The notes under the pieces were generated by a model. The model was not told the DNA's origin. It saw nothing but the letters and a program-made list of their open reading frames with translations, and searched no databases. The position numbers and the translations under genes are program-made. From an uncultured Nitrososphaerota archaeon (GTDB lineage: Archaea > Korarchaeota > Korarchaeia > Korarchaeales > Korarchaeaceae), in assembly GCA_964594835.1 (NCBI GenBank), contig CAZQNA010000002.1:177800-241799 (forward strand): a stretch of DNA of 64,000 bases. Reading direction: 5' to 3'. Below are positions 18,621 to 28,291 of this stretch, in pieces; the first letter of the stretch is position 1; each line of letters starts with the position of its first letter.

Positions 18621-20330
18621 ATGATACCGCTGCGCTCGCTTCCGGGAGGGCCCAGGATACTCGGGGCCAACTTGGTGAAGTGGTTCATAACGGCCGCCCT
18701 GATCGGGGTCGTGACGGGCGTCGCGGTGGCCAGCCTGGACTTCGCCGTCGCCAGGCCGTGGGAGGCGCTCAGGCGCCTCATGGCAGAGTACCCCCTCCTC
18801 GCCCTCCTGGGCCCGTCCGCGGGCCTGACCCTCACCGGCCTGATAAGGGACAGGCTCACGCGTGAGCCCGAGATCCACGGCACCGAGGAGGTACTCGTGG
18901 CCTACCACGAGAGGAACGGGCGGCTCGAGGTTGGGGACCTGCCGCCCAAGTTCGTCGCGTCCGCGGCCACCATAGGCCTGGGAGGGAGCGCCGGGCTGGA
19001 GGGACCCAGCATCCACATCGGGGGCGGCGTTGGGGTCGCCCTGGACCGCCTCCTGAGGAGGCTGGGCGTCCGGGCCGACAGGAGGATCCTCCTGATGACA
19101 GGGGCGGCCGCCGGCATAGGGGCCGTGTTCAAGGCCCCCCTCACGGGTCTCATATTCGCCCTGGAGGTCCCGTACAAGGAGGGCCTCGAGCACAGGGCGG
19201 TCGTTCCGGCTCTGGTGGCCTCGGTGGCCTCCTACCTCACCCTGGGCTCGATACTCGGCACGGAGCCGATATTCAGGTACCCCTCGGTGTACGCGTCCGT
19301 GGACATCTTCATAGTGCTGTTCGCCATAGCGGAGGGGCTGTTCGCCGGAGTCGCCGCGGTGGGCTTCGTCAGGCTGATCGGCGCCGTCGAGTCGGCCTGG
19401 GGGGAGGACGCCCCCTACGCCCTCAGGGGCCTGGTGAGCGGGGTCGGCGTCGGCCTGATAGGCCTCGTCAGCGTGATGTTCTTCGGGGGACCCCACCCGC
19501 TCGGGATGAGCTACGACCTGGTCAGGGGCGCCCTCTCCTCCAGGTGGGACGCCGAGTTCTTCGCGGCCATGCTCCTCCTGAAGGCGGTCGCCACCGCCCT
19601 CACCCTCGGCGGATCGGGCGTCGGGGGGGTCTTCATACCCACCATAGTGATGGGCTCCTCCATCGGCGCCATCTGGGGCCAGACGCTGGGGAGGAACGAG
19701 GACCTCTTCGTGGCCCTGGGCATGTCGGCGATGCTCTCGGCCAGCTTCAAGACCCCGCTGACCTCCGTCGCCTTCGTCGCCGAGACCACGGGGTCGGAGT
19801 TCTACCTGATCCCGAGCATCGTGGCGTCGGCCGCCGCCTATCTGATCTCCGGCCCCACCTCCCTGCCCAAGAACCAGAGGCTGATGGAGAGGATCGGCCT
19901 GCAGGACATCGGGGACATCCCCGTGAGGGAGGTCATGGGACCTGCGCCGCCCACCGTGGACGCGGGCGCGACCCTCAGGGAGTTCGTGGAGGAGGTGCTG
20001 GTCAGGAGCCCTGAGTTCCTCACCTATCCGGTGGTGGAGGGCGGCAGGGTGATCGGAGTCCTCGAGGTCGAGGACGTCGAGAGGCTCGCGCCCGAGCTGT
20101 GGGACAAGGTCAGGGTGGGGGACGTGGCCAGGCTGGGGTACCCCTTCGTGGAGCCGGAGGAGACCGTCGAGGCCGCCGTCCACAAGATGTACGAGTACGG
20201 CGTGGCCTGCCTGCCGGTCGTCGAGGACGGCTCGAGGGTCGTCGGCTCCATCTCGGCCGTCAACGTTGTGGCGCTCATGGAGCTCAGGGCCAGGCTGAGG
20301 AAGTTCTCCATATTCGCCCCACCGTCCTGA
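18621..20330 (+). CDS. CLC family chloride channel/antiporter with C-terminal CBS pair
   Basis: GGSAGLEGPSIHIG, FKAPLTG...LE, GGVFIP and two CBS repeats. Start at ATG 18621 is inferred. Confidence 0.92.
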   Translation: MIPLRSLPGGPRILGANLVKWFITAALIGVVTGVAVASLDFAVARPWEALRRLMAEYPLLALLGPSAGLTLTGLIRDRLTREPEIHGTEEVLVAYHERNGRLEVGDLPPKFVASAATIGLGGSAGLEGPSIHIGGGVGVALDRLLRRLGVRADRRILLMTGAAAGIGAVFKAPLTGLIFALEVPYKEGLEHRAVVPALVASVASYLTLGSILGTEPIFRYPSVYASVDIFIVLFAIAEGLFAGVAAVGFVRLIGAVESAWGEDAPYALRGLVSGVGVGLIGLVSVMFFGGPHPLGMSYDLVRGALSSRWDAEFFAAMLLLKAVATALTLGGSGVGGVFIPTIVMGSSIGAIWGQTLGRNEDLFVALGMSAMLSASFKTPLTSVAFVAETTGSEFYLIPSIVASAAAYLISGPTSLPKNQRLMERIGLQDIGDIPVREVMGPAPPTVDAGATLREFVEEVLVRSPEFLTYPVVEGGRVIGVLEVEDVERLAPELWDKVRVGDVARLGYPFVEPEETVEAAVHKMYEYGVACLPVVEDGSRVVGSISAVNVVALMELRARLRKFSIFAPPS

Positions 20331-20360
20331 TCCCCCCTAGGTACTCCGTGGCCCCTCTGC

Positions 20361-23300
20361 TCACCTCCCCAGCCTGAACCGCTTGGCGACCGCTTGCCGA
20401 TACAAGTTGAGGCCCCTGGCCGTCCGTCGGAGGGAGGCCGCCCTCGACCTGACCCTCCCCACTAGAGTACTGGCCTCTTGGGCTGCCTCCCTGGCCTCCC
20501 TTAGGGCCGCCTCGCACTCCTTGATCCTATCCCCTACGCCTTTGAGCCTGCTCAGCTCCCCTCGGGCTGCAGCCAGGGCAGACTCACAGTCATCCGGCAG
20601 GTCGACAGGCGGTGGCACGGCGAGGCCGCCCAGGCAGGACTCCACGCCGTCCAGGCAGGACCTGGCTGACTCGATGCCCTCTCTGGCCGACCTCACCTTG
20701 GATGGATCCTCTCCCGCCTGCTTCAGCTCACTCCTGAACCCCCTGAACGCCCTCTGGATCTCGGCCCACTGCTCGGGCCCGCCGGCCGCCAGCAGCAGTC
20801 CGCTGCCGCCTGCGGTGAGGGGATTCAGGAGGGAACTCATGATGGAGTACATGCCCCCGACGGCCTTCACGAGGTCGGTCGGGAGTGGGGTCGAGGCCAG
20901 GTCCTCAATCGCGTAGCCTGCAGCCGATCCGAGGGCTCCTAGAAGGCCATTCCCCCAGTCCCATAGCCCGCTGAACCTCGAGGGATCAATGTCGGCCCCG
21001 GCCAGCTTCAGGACGTCGGACACCTCTCTCAGGGCGTCGAGTAAGGAGGAGAAGGAGTCTCTCCACTCCTCCACTCCGTCGCGGAGGTCTCCATCGGCGG
21101 AGTCTACTCCCGAGCGGACCTCTGACACCCCCCTCTCAATGGCCAGCAGTCGTCCCTCGAGGTCCGACCTCGAGGCCTGGACCTCTCCCACCAACTTCTG
21201 GAGCTCGGCCTCGCACTCCCTCCTCCTCTCGGCCTCCTCGGCCCGCGCCCTCTGGACGCGCTTGACGCAGTCGTCCAGCCTCCCCTGAACTTCCTCCCTC
21301 TCCCTCCGCAGGCGCTCCAGCGCGGAGCGGGCCTCCTCTATCCCCTCGAGTTCCGCCTCCCTCTCGTCCAGCTCCCTCAGGCGCCGCTCCAGATCGGCCA
21401 GCTTAGACTCTCCCTCCCCGATCTCCCGCTCGACCTCGGCCAGCCTCGACCTGATGCCCTCCAGCTCCCCCTCCAGCCTCGCCCTCTCCTCGAGTTCGCC
21501 TGAGTGCCGCCTCCTGTAGGCAGAAACCCTCTCCTCGGCCCGCCGTAGGCGTTCCTCCATCCTCTCGACCTCCCTCCGACGGCTCCTGATGGTGGAACTG
21601 TTCAAGAGACGCCTCTCCATCTCCCTGACCTTCTCCTCGATGCTCTGCTCGTAGGCCCTCAGCCTCTCCCTGGCCTGGGCCAGCCTGGCCTCGGCCCGCT
21701 TCACCGCCCTCCTGCGGGACCTGCTCTCCGGCCTCTCCCCCAGCCTCTCCGCGGCCCTCCTGAGCCGCTCCTCCTCCGCCCTCACCCTCCTGCTGAGGCC
21801 CCTGTACCTGAAGCCCCGCCTCAGCCCCTCTGACTTTCCCTCGACGCGCTTCCTCACGTTCTCGATGGACTCTCTCAGCCTCTCCTTGGCCCTCTCCAGC
21901 CCCTGAGCCGACCTGTCCCTTCTACCCTGGAGGATGTCCATCTCGCGGAGCCTCCTGTTCAGCGCCCCGAGCCTCTCCCGAGCCTCACTTGCCTCCCTCC
22001 TCAAGGACTCCCTCTCATTCTTCAGCTCCTCCGTGGAGTTCCTAAGCCGCTGGATCTCCCCCTCAAGTTCCTCCCTCTCCGCCCGGAGCCGCTCCCTCTC
22101 ATCATAAACGCCGTCCTCCGCCCAGGGCGGGACCCTCGGGGCGGCGTTCCTGATCCTCTGATCCAGACCCCTGAGCTCCACTCGGAGTTCCTCACAGGGA
22201 TCAATCCCTGCGGCCGGGGCCCTGGATCGCCGCCTCGCCGCCAGCGCGGCCCCTCCGACCGCCAGACCGGCGGCCGCGAGGATGGCCGGGACGAGAACCC
22301 CTCTCTCGCCTCCCGGACCGGCGGGCGGGGCGGCCGTCTGGCCAGTCGGCCCGGGCTGGCTCGGGACCGGGACGTCTACCTGCAGCCGGGCCTCGTTGTT
22401 TTCCTCGTCGGACTCCGAAATGTCGTTGCCCGGATCGACAATCGCGGATATGACGTGGGTTCCAGGCTCGGCTGGCTCGTACTCGATGAACATTCTCTCT
22501 GAAGACCCGTTCTCGACGGAGAGCGAGCCCGAAAAGACCAGGACCCGGGCCGTCTCGTCGTAGACGCTTACCCGGACGGGGGAGGAGAGCCGGCCCGTCG
22601 ACTCGAGCACCGCCAGGGAGATGTTGAGCGCCCCCGGCCTCGACGAGGCCTCAGATCCCACGACGACCGTGAGGTCTGGGGAGAGGGGGGTCACGAAGAT
22701 CTCCAAGGTCCCCAGATGCACCCTCTCACCGGTCTCCGGGGATATCAGGGAGATCGAGACCCTCCACTCGCCCGGGACATCGAGGTCCTCGCTGAACTCG
22801 AACCTCCCCTCCGGGTCCACCGATCCCCCGTGGAGGGACGTCCTCTCCATGCCGCCCGGGCCCCTGAGGGTGACCTCGATATCGGCAGACCGTCCAGGCG
22901 GGGGAGAGACCACGCCCCTGATGATCAGGCCCTCCCCCAGCCTCAGCGAAGGAGGGGCGCTCACGGCGGCGAGCTCGTACCTGGCTGCGGGGACGAAGCC
23001 GACCACCACGGTGGTGGACCACGAGACTCCGCCAGCAGTCGCGGTGGCCTCGATGGCGCACTCTCCCGCCCTATCGGCCTCGGCGGACACGTTCACCCTC
23101 AGGGGTAGGGGACCTACGGCCGAGTCTGGGGTGAGGTCGGCGCAGTCGGAGCTCACTCGAAGGCTGGCGAACTCGGGAGGCGGCCCCACGGGACTCACGA
23201 CGATCTCCAGCGAAGTCGGCTCGCCGACCCTCGGGTGGGGGCTCTCCACGGTAGCCGAGACGTTGAGCTCCCCTATGGCCACCGGGACGACCGTCTGAGA

Positions 23301-23645
23301 GCAGACCTCTCCGGAGCGGGCCAGGACGAGGACCTCGTACTCCCCGACAGGCCCCCAGCCTGCCGAAGAGAGGGTGAGGTTCGCCTCGGCGCTGGACCCG
23401 GGGGCCAGCTCCACCGTCCGGGGGGAGAACCGCCAGGAGATGAAGTCCGGGGCCTCGGCCGTGAGTGCCACCTCTCCGGACAGGTCCTCCGTCCCCCTCA
23501 CCACTATCCTCACGGTCCCCTCCCCCCCGGGCGGGAGCCAGAGGTAGCGCCCCTCACCCGAGCCGGGTCGGGCAGGAAGGTAGGTCAGGGAGGCCAGGGA
23601 GACCAGAAGGTACAGGAGAAGGATTGCTCGAGTGCGCGAGATCAA
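20361..23645 (-). CDS. Single-pass membrane protein: extracellular Ig-like/CARDB domains plus a long coiled-coil C-terminal region
   Basis: Signal peptide; VDPGNDISESDEENN (CARDB); TM VLVPAILAAAGLAVGGAALAA-RRR; ~600 aa E/R-rich heptad region. Confidence 0.8.
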   Translation of the reverse strand: MISRTRAILLLYLLVSLASLTYLPARPGSGEGRYLWLPPGGEGTVRIVVRGTEDLSGEVALTAEAPDFISWRFSPRTVELAPGSSAEANLTLSSAGWGPVGEYEVLVLARSGEVCSQTVVPVAIGELNVSATVESPHPRVGEPTSLEIVVSPVGPPPEFASLRVSSDCADLTPDSAVGPLPLRVNVSAEADRAGECAIEATATAGGVSWSTTVVVGFVPAARYELAAVSAPPSLRLGEGLIIRGVVSPPPGRSADIEVTLRGPGGMERTSLHGGSVDPEGRFEFSEDLDVPGEWRVSISLISPETGERVHLGTLEIFVTPLSPDLTVVVGSEASSRPGALNISLAVLESTGRLSSPVRVSVYDETARVLVFSGSLSVENGSSERMFIEYEPAEPGTHVISAIVDPGNDISESDEENNEARLQVDVPVPSQPGPTGQTAAPPAGPGGERGVLVPAILAAAGLAVGGAALAARRRSRAPAAGIDPCEELRVELRGLDQRIRNAAPRVPPWAEDGVYDERERLRAEREELEGEIQRLRNSTEELKNERESLRREASEARERLGALNRRLREMDILQGRRDRSAQGLERAKERLRESIENVRKRVEGKSEGLRRGFRYRGLSRRVRAEEERLRRAAERLGERPESRSRRRAVKRAEARLAQARERLRAYEQSIEEKVREMERRLLNSSTIRSRRREVERMEERLRRAEERVSAYRRRHSGELEERARLEGELEGIRSRLAEVEREIGEGESKLADLERRLRELDEREAELEGIEEARSALERLRREREEVQGRLDDCVKRVQRARAEEAERRRECEAELQKLVGEVQASRSDLEGRLLAIERGVSEVRSGVDSADGDLRDGVEEWRDSFSSLLDALREVSDVLKLAGADIDPSRFSGLWDWGNGLLGALGSAAGYAIEDLASTPLPTDLVKAVGGMYSIMSSLLNPLTAGGSGLLLAAGGPEQWAEIQRAFRGFRSELKQAGEDPSKVRSAREGIESARSCLDGVESCLGGLAVPPPVDLPDDCESALAAARGELSRLKGVGDRIKECEAALREAREAAQEASTLVGRVRSRAASLRRTARGLNLYRQAVAKRFRLGR

Positions 23646-23806
23646 GACGAGAACCTCTTTTCGGGTCGCGCCCCCCTGGAGAGAATATAAGCGGCGGCGG
23701 TCCCGTCCTCCCCCGCCTGCGCGCCCTCCAGGGCCCGAGGAGTTATTTTATGACTGTAAATTGATAGCGGGCAAAGAGTTTAAGGCGGGGAGATCCGGGC
23801 GGCCCT

Positions 23807-25771
23807 GTGAGGCGCCCCCCAGCCCTGATTCTGGCGGCCGGAAGGGCAACGCGTATGCAACCCTACTCCAGGGAGATGCCCAAGTCGCTCTTCGAGCTGG
23901 CGCCCGGCCTCGCGATAATGGACCTGACCATCAGGTGGCTCAGGGAGGAGGGCGTACAGAGGGTTGTGATAGTCACCAGGCCGAGCCTGGTCCCGGCTCT
24001 CCGGGAGAGGTACGACGACTCGGTGGAGATAGTTGCCACGGACGTCGAGGAGGGGTTCGGAAACCTCTACTCCCTGAGGGCGGGAATGAGGGCCCTGGAC
24101 TCTGAGGAGTTCCTGCTCCTCATGTCCGACCACATCTTCGAGCCCGACATCCTCAGGAGGCTCTTGAGGAGGGGAGGGGGCGCCGCGTTCACCCTCTGCC
24201 TCGACAGGAACCCGCCCTGGGACAAGATAGAGGAGGGCCTCAAGGTCGTCGTCCGCGACGGGAGGGTGGAGCAGGTCGGGAAGAGGGCCCCTCCCTACTA
24301 CGGGGTGGACACGGGCCTCTTCTACTGCTCCAGGGGGGCCAGGAGGATAGTGGAGGAGACCATAGCGGAGGTGGGGCCGAGGGCGACGGTGGCCGACGCG
24401 CTGAGGGCGGCCATCGCCAGGGGCGAGGTCGACTACGTAGACGTCACGGGCCTACTCTGGATGGATGTGGACACGCCCGAGGAGCTCGAGGAGGCCCGGA
24501 GGCTCCTGCCCAGCCTGCTAAGGAGGAGCCTCCTGAAGCCCGGCGACGGGCCGGTCTCGAGGTACATGAACAGGCCCATCTCCACGAGGATCTCCGTTTG
24601 GCTCTTCCTGCGGGGGATCTCGATCAGCCCCAACCTGATCTCCGCGGTCTCGTTCCTGACCTGCGTGGGGGGCGCGGCCCTGGTGGCTCTTGGGAGGGCC
24701 TTGATCGGCGGGGCGCTCATCCAGCTCTCCTCGATACTCGACGGAGTTGACGGGGAGGTGGCGAGGCTCTTCCAGAGGGCCAGCAGGTTCGGTAAGGTGT
24801 TCGACGCCCTCCTCGACAGGTACGCCGACCTTGCGGTGGTGGCCGCCTTCGGCCTCGCGATGTGGCCCCTCGACAGGCTGGGATTCCTCTCGGTGGCCGC
24901 AGCCGCCGGGAACGTGTTCATCGTGAGCTACGTCTCGCACCTGGCGGGCTGGGGGGATGACCCGAGGGTCGCGGAGATGCGGGCGTGGAGCCCGGCGGGG
25001 AGGGACGTGAGGCTCCTGGTGGCCGCCCTGGCGGCGATGGCCGGGAGGCCGGACCTCTTCCTGATTTACATGGCGACGATCCCACTGGCCTTCTCTGCGG
25101 CCCTGTTCTGGGCCGTCCTCGTGGGGCCGAGGCCAGCCGGGAGGCCGGCCCTCCAGAGGCCCGAGAGGAGGGAGCCAATCCCCAGGGTCGAGGCCAGGCC
25201 GGTGAGCAGGAGGCGAAGGCTGCGGAGGGCGGAGAGAGCCCTGGGAACGCTCCTGTCCAGCTCCATAAAGCTCGCCCTCGCCCTCTTCATAATTAGGGTC
25301 GTCGAGAGATTGATGTCGGGATTCAGCCCGATCCCGATGGGCCCGTTCCAGCTGGTGCCGGCCGACCTGCTCTCTTTCGTCGAGCTCGTGGCGGTCGTTT
25401 ACTTCGGCTACAGGATCCTGATGGCCCTGAAGTATCTCGTGGACCTGACCTCGGGGTGGCTGGTGAGGAAGCTGGGGGCCGTCACGGAGGCCGCGGTCAA
25501 CAGGGCGCTCGTGGACCTCCTCTACCTGAGCTTCCTCGCGGTGCTGATGTGGATAGCGCCCTCCAGGGTCTCTAGCCTGCCGGGCCTCGGCGAGGTGGCG
25601 GAGAGGGTCGTGCTGCTGGTCCTCCTGGTGTTCTTCGTTCTGATAGTCTACGACCTCATGAAGCTCTTCTACAGGAGCTTCCGCGGGGCCTACGAGCGGA
25701 TGGTGGCCAGGCTGGCCGAGAGACTGAGGGCGGTGGAGGAGTCGAGGTCCAGGCCCGAGGCCGCCCAGTGA
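23807..25771 (+). CDS. Bifunctional IPCT/DIPPS-like enzyme (di-myo-inositol-phosphate synthesis) with an extra C-terminal membrane domain
   Basis: ILAAGRATRM...PK nucleotidyltransferase; DGPVSRYMNRPIS and DGVDGEVAR...G..FD..LDRYAD CDP-alcohol phosphotransferase motif; ~180 aa extra multi-TM tail. Confidence 0.85.
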   Translation: MRRPPALILAAGRATRMQPYSREMPKSLFELAPGLAIMDLTIRWLREEGVQRVVIVTRPSLVPALRERYDDSVEIVATDVEEGFGNLYSLRAGMRALDSEEFLLLMSDHIFEPDILRRLLRRGGGAAFTLCLDRNPPWDKIEEGLKVVVRDGRVEQVGKRAPPYYGVDTGLFYCSRGARRIVEETIAEVGPRATVADALRAAIARGEVDYVDVTGLLWMDVDTPEELEEARRLLPSLLRRSLLKPGDGPVSRYMNRPISTRISVWLFLRGISISPNLISAVSFLTCVGGAALVALGRALIGGALIQLSSILDGVDGEVARLFQRASRFGKVFDALLDRYADLAVVAAFGLAMWPLDRLGFLSVAAAAGNVFIVSYVSHLAGWGDDPRVAEMRAWSPAGRDVRLLVAALAAMAGRPDLFLIYMATIPLAFSAALFWAVLVGPRPAGRPALQRPERREPIPRVEARPVSRRRRLRRAERALGTLLSSSIKLALALFIIRVVERLMSGFSPIPMGPFQLVPADLLSFVELVAVVYFGYRILMALKYLVDLTSGWLVRKLGAVTEAAVNRALVDLLYLSFLAVLMWIAPSRVSSLPGLGEVAERVVLLVLLVFFVLIVYDLMKLFYRSFRGAYERMVARLAERLRAVEESRSRPEAAQ

Positions 25772-25906
25772 GGGTCCCGCGTCTTGAAACGCCGACTCGG
25801 GCGGCTTCTCCGTCCGACATCGGGCCCCCGTAGACCCTGGCTTCGGGGATTGGATCGACCCGGCCCGACGCCGCCGTTTATTTGTCTCCCGCCGCGCTGG
25901 GACGCG

Positions 25907-26590
25907 ATGATCCTCCCCGACATCATCGTGAACCTGAAGCTCTACAGGGAGTCGGTCGGGAAGAGGGCCGTACAGATCGCGAGGCTAGCCGAGGAGGTGG
26001 GAAGGGAGACTGGCGTGGCCTTCGGGATCGCCCCCTCCCTCATGGATGCCTGGGCTGTGGCCAGCGAGGTGGACATACCGGTGTTCGCCCAGCACGTGGA
26101 TCCCGTGGAGCCGGGGGCCAGGACCGGCCACGTCAGCCCGAGGCTTCTCAGGGAGTACGGGCTCAGGGGCTCTCTCATCAACCACAGCGAGAGGAGGATG
26201 AGGCTGGCCGACGTCCGCGTGGCCGTGCAGATGCTCAGGGATGAGGGCCTCGCCTCCATAGTCTGCGCCGGAGATCCGGCCGAGTCTCTGGCCGCAGCCG
26301 CCCTCAAGCCCACGGCCGTGGCGTTTGAGCCCCCTGAACTCATTGGGACGGGGGTATCCGTGTCGAAGGCCAGGCCGGAGGCGGTCACGAGGGCGGTGAA
26401 CGCCATCCGCTCCAAGTTCGAGGAGGTCGCGGTGGTCTGCGGGGCCGGGGTCTCGACGGGAGAGGACGTGAGGAGGGCCTTCGAGCTGGGTGTTGACTCC
26501 GTTCTCCTCGCTTCAGCCGTGGCCAAGGCTCCGAGACCGAGGGAAAAGCTTCTGGAGCTCGCGAGGGGAGCCCTTGTGCCCGAGTATTGA
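25907..26590 (+). CDS. tpiA: Triosephosphate isomerase, archaeal type
   Basis: IIVNLKLY, AQHVD, LINHSERR, FEPPELIGTG, CGAGV and LLAS motifs. Confidence 0.96.
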   Translation: MILPDIIVNLKLYRESVGKRAVQIARLAEEVGRETGVAFGIAPSLMDAWAVASEVDIPVFAQHVDPVEPGARTGHVSPRLLREYGLRGSLINHSERRMRLADVRVAVQMLRDEGLASIVCAGDPAESLAAAALKPTAVAFEPPELIGTGVSVSKARPEAVTRAVNAIRSKFEEVAVVCGAGVSTGEDVRRAFELGVDSVLLASAVAKAPRPREKLLELARGALVPEY

Positions 26591-26634
26591 CCCGACCCCG
26601 GCTAGGGGGGCGAGTCGCGGGGGCGCCGGGGGGG

Positions 26635-27396
26635 CTAGGGGACCCCTACCGCCCGGCTCAGGATCGGCCGGTAGACCGCATTTGCAACGGTCGCCTTGAG
26701 CGCGAAGTCCAGGGCTATGCACACCAGCGCCAGGGCGAGCTGACCCCTCGCGTCCCTCAGGCTCAGGTCTGTCTGCCTGAGGAGTCTGAGGAGGGGTATG
26801 GAGAGCACCACCCCGAGGTTGACGTACCCCACCACCCTGATAATGGCGTAGACCGGCCATCCGAAGATCAGGGGGACCCAGATCATGCCCGGCCGGGCGC
26901 TCATCACGAGGCACCCCACGTAGTAGTTCATGTAGTTCAGCAGGAACGACCCCAGGAAGAGCCCAAGCAGACCGGCGCTGGCCAGAGAGAGCGCGGAGAA
27001 GACGAAGATCTCTCTGATCTTGGGGACGAGGAAGAGCCTGGGATCTCCCTCCGGACCCGCCCCCGTCCTTATCCACTCGAACATCTCCCTCCTGTAGGAC
27101 TCCCCGTGGAGCACCAGGGGACCTATCCGCTCACCAAGAAGCGCCGTGAGCCCTATCATGGTGGCCGTGGAGGAGAGCGCCCAGAGCAGGACGTGCCCGG
27201 CGGCGCGCCAGTTCCTGCCAGCCCTGAGGTCGGCCAGGTAGAGGGGGTAGATGGCTGCCGTCGTCGCTGCCGGGAGGAGTACGGGGTGCAGCTTGGCGAG
27301 GGCGAGCCCGAGCGCGGTAGATCCCAGCCCGAGCGTCAGGGCTAGCAGGTCTCCCTTCCGCCCCGAACTCAGCTCCTCAACCCTGGATAGGGGCAC
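26635..27396 (-). CDS. Multi-pass membrane protein (possibly SpoIIM-like)
   Basis: Six to seven hydrophobic helices; LNYMNYYVG segment; host-like codon usage. Confidence 0.65.
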   Translation of the reverse strand: MPLSRVEELSSGRKGDLLALTLGLGSTALGLALAKLHPVLLPAATTAAIYPLYLADLRAGRNWRAAGHVLLWALSSTATMIGLTALLGERIGPLVLHGESYRREMFEWIRTGAGPEGDPRLFLVPKIREIFVFSALSLASAGLLGLFLGSFLLNYMNYYVGCLVMSARPGMIWVPLIFGWPVYAIIRVVGYVNLGVVLSIPLLRLLRQTDLSLRDARGQLALALVCIALDFALKATVANAVYRPILSRAVGVP

Positions 27397-27509
27397 GGGC
27401 CCAGCTGCCCTCGCTCCTAAAATAATTCACCCCCCGCGGCCAGACCCCAGGACCAAGGGGTGTGGGGACTCCCACGACGACCCATTCGCGCGGCCCTCGC
27501 TGGCTCAGC

Positions 27510-27944
27510 CTAGATCCCGCGCAGGTCCACCGCCCTCACTCCCAGCCTGTCCGCGTTCTTCAGGATGTACCTGTCACTGGTCAGGAGGGGCAGGCCCTGT
27601 CGCTTGGCCAGGGCCACGTGGAAGGAGTCAAAGTAGTGGAGCCTCCTGGGCCCCCCGTGCTCTCTGTACATTCTGAGCGCCTCTGCAGCGATCTCGGCGG
27701 TTACCGGGATCGTCCTGTGTGGGATGGCGGCCACGTCCCTCAGGAACGACTCGACCTCCTCCAGGGTGCTCCCCTGGCTCCTGAGCGCCGAGGCTATGTC
27801 GTCGTAGACCTCGCTCGACGCGCGGGGCTTGACGGTCCCGCTGAGGATCAGCCTCATGACCCGCCTGCTGTGCTCGAACAGGAGGTCCCCCGTGAGGTAA
27901 GAGATGAAGAAGTCGGCGTCCAGCAGGACGGGCCCCCGAATCAT
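27510..27944 (-). CDS. vapC: VapC PIN-domain toxin
   Basis: VLLDADFFI, LHYFDSFHVALA and LLTSD PIN motifs. Confidence 0.92.
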   Translation of the reverse strand: MIRGPVLLDADFFISYLTGDLLFEHSRRVMRLILSGTVKPRASSEVYDDIASALRSQGSTLEEVESFLRDVAAIPHRTIPVTAEIAAEALRMYREHGGPRRLHYFDSFHVALAKRQGLPLLTSDRYILKNADRLGVRAVDLRGI

Positions 27945-28204
27945 CAGACCCTGCCCTCCCTCCTGAGGAACTCCTCCTGGGCCTCCTCAAGCTCCTCAAA
28001 GCTTTCGACCCTGATGACCCCCCTGTACTTCCCCCCCAGCCCGTCTACCTCCTCACCGATCGGCCTGAGCAGGAGGGCGCCCCCGCTTAGGAGCCGTATG
28101 GTGAACAGCCTTGACTTGAGCCTCCTCCTGATGTGGCTGGGTATGAGGACCCTCCCCCTGTCGTCCATCTCCACGGTCTCCTCTGTGGACAACACATCAC
28201 CCAC
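27944..28204 (-). CDS. vapB: AbrB/MazE-type VapB antitoxin
   Basis: MDDRGRVLIPSHIRRRL swapped-hairpin motif; stop overlaps the vapC start (TGATG). Confidence 0.88.
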   Translation of the reverse strand: MGDVLSTEETVEMDDRGRVLIPSHIRRRLKSRLFTIRLLSGGALLLRPIGEEVDGLGGKYRGVIRVESFEELEEAQEEFLRREGRV

Positions 28205-28218
28205 GTGGGATATCCCAC
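28205..28218. promoter_or_regulatory. Perfect 14-bp palindrome GTGGGATATCCCAC; likely vapBC autoregulatory operator
   Basis: Lies between a TTATTA box (~28225-28230, minus strand) and the vapB start; extra GTGGG half-sites flank it. Confidence 0.65.
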
Positions 28219-28291
28219 TCCCACATAATAAGCTCGATCCCTCTAGCAGCCGACTTGGGCCGCCTCAGCCGACTACGGGCTTGACCCAGGC

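Noticed and set aside
20361-22250. SMC/Rad50 or chemoreceptor identity for the coiled coil
   Set aside because: No Walker A/B, hinge, Zn-hook or MCP hairpin signature is present.
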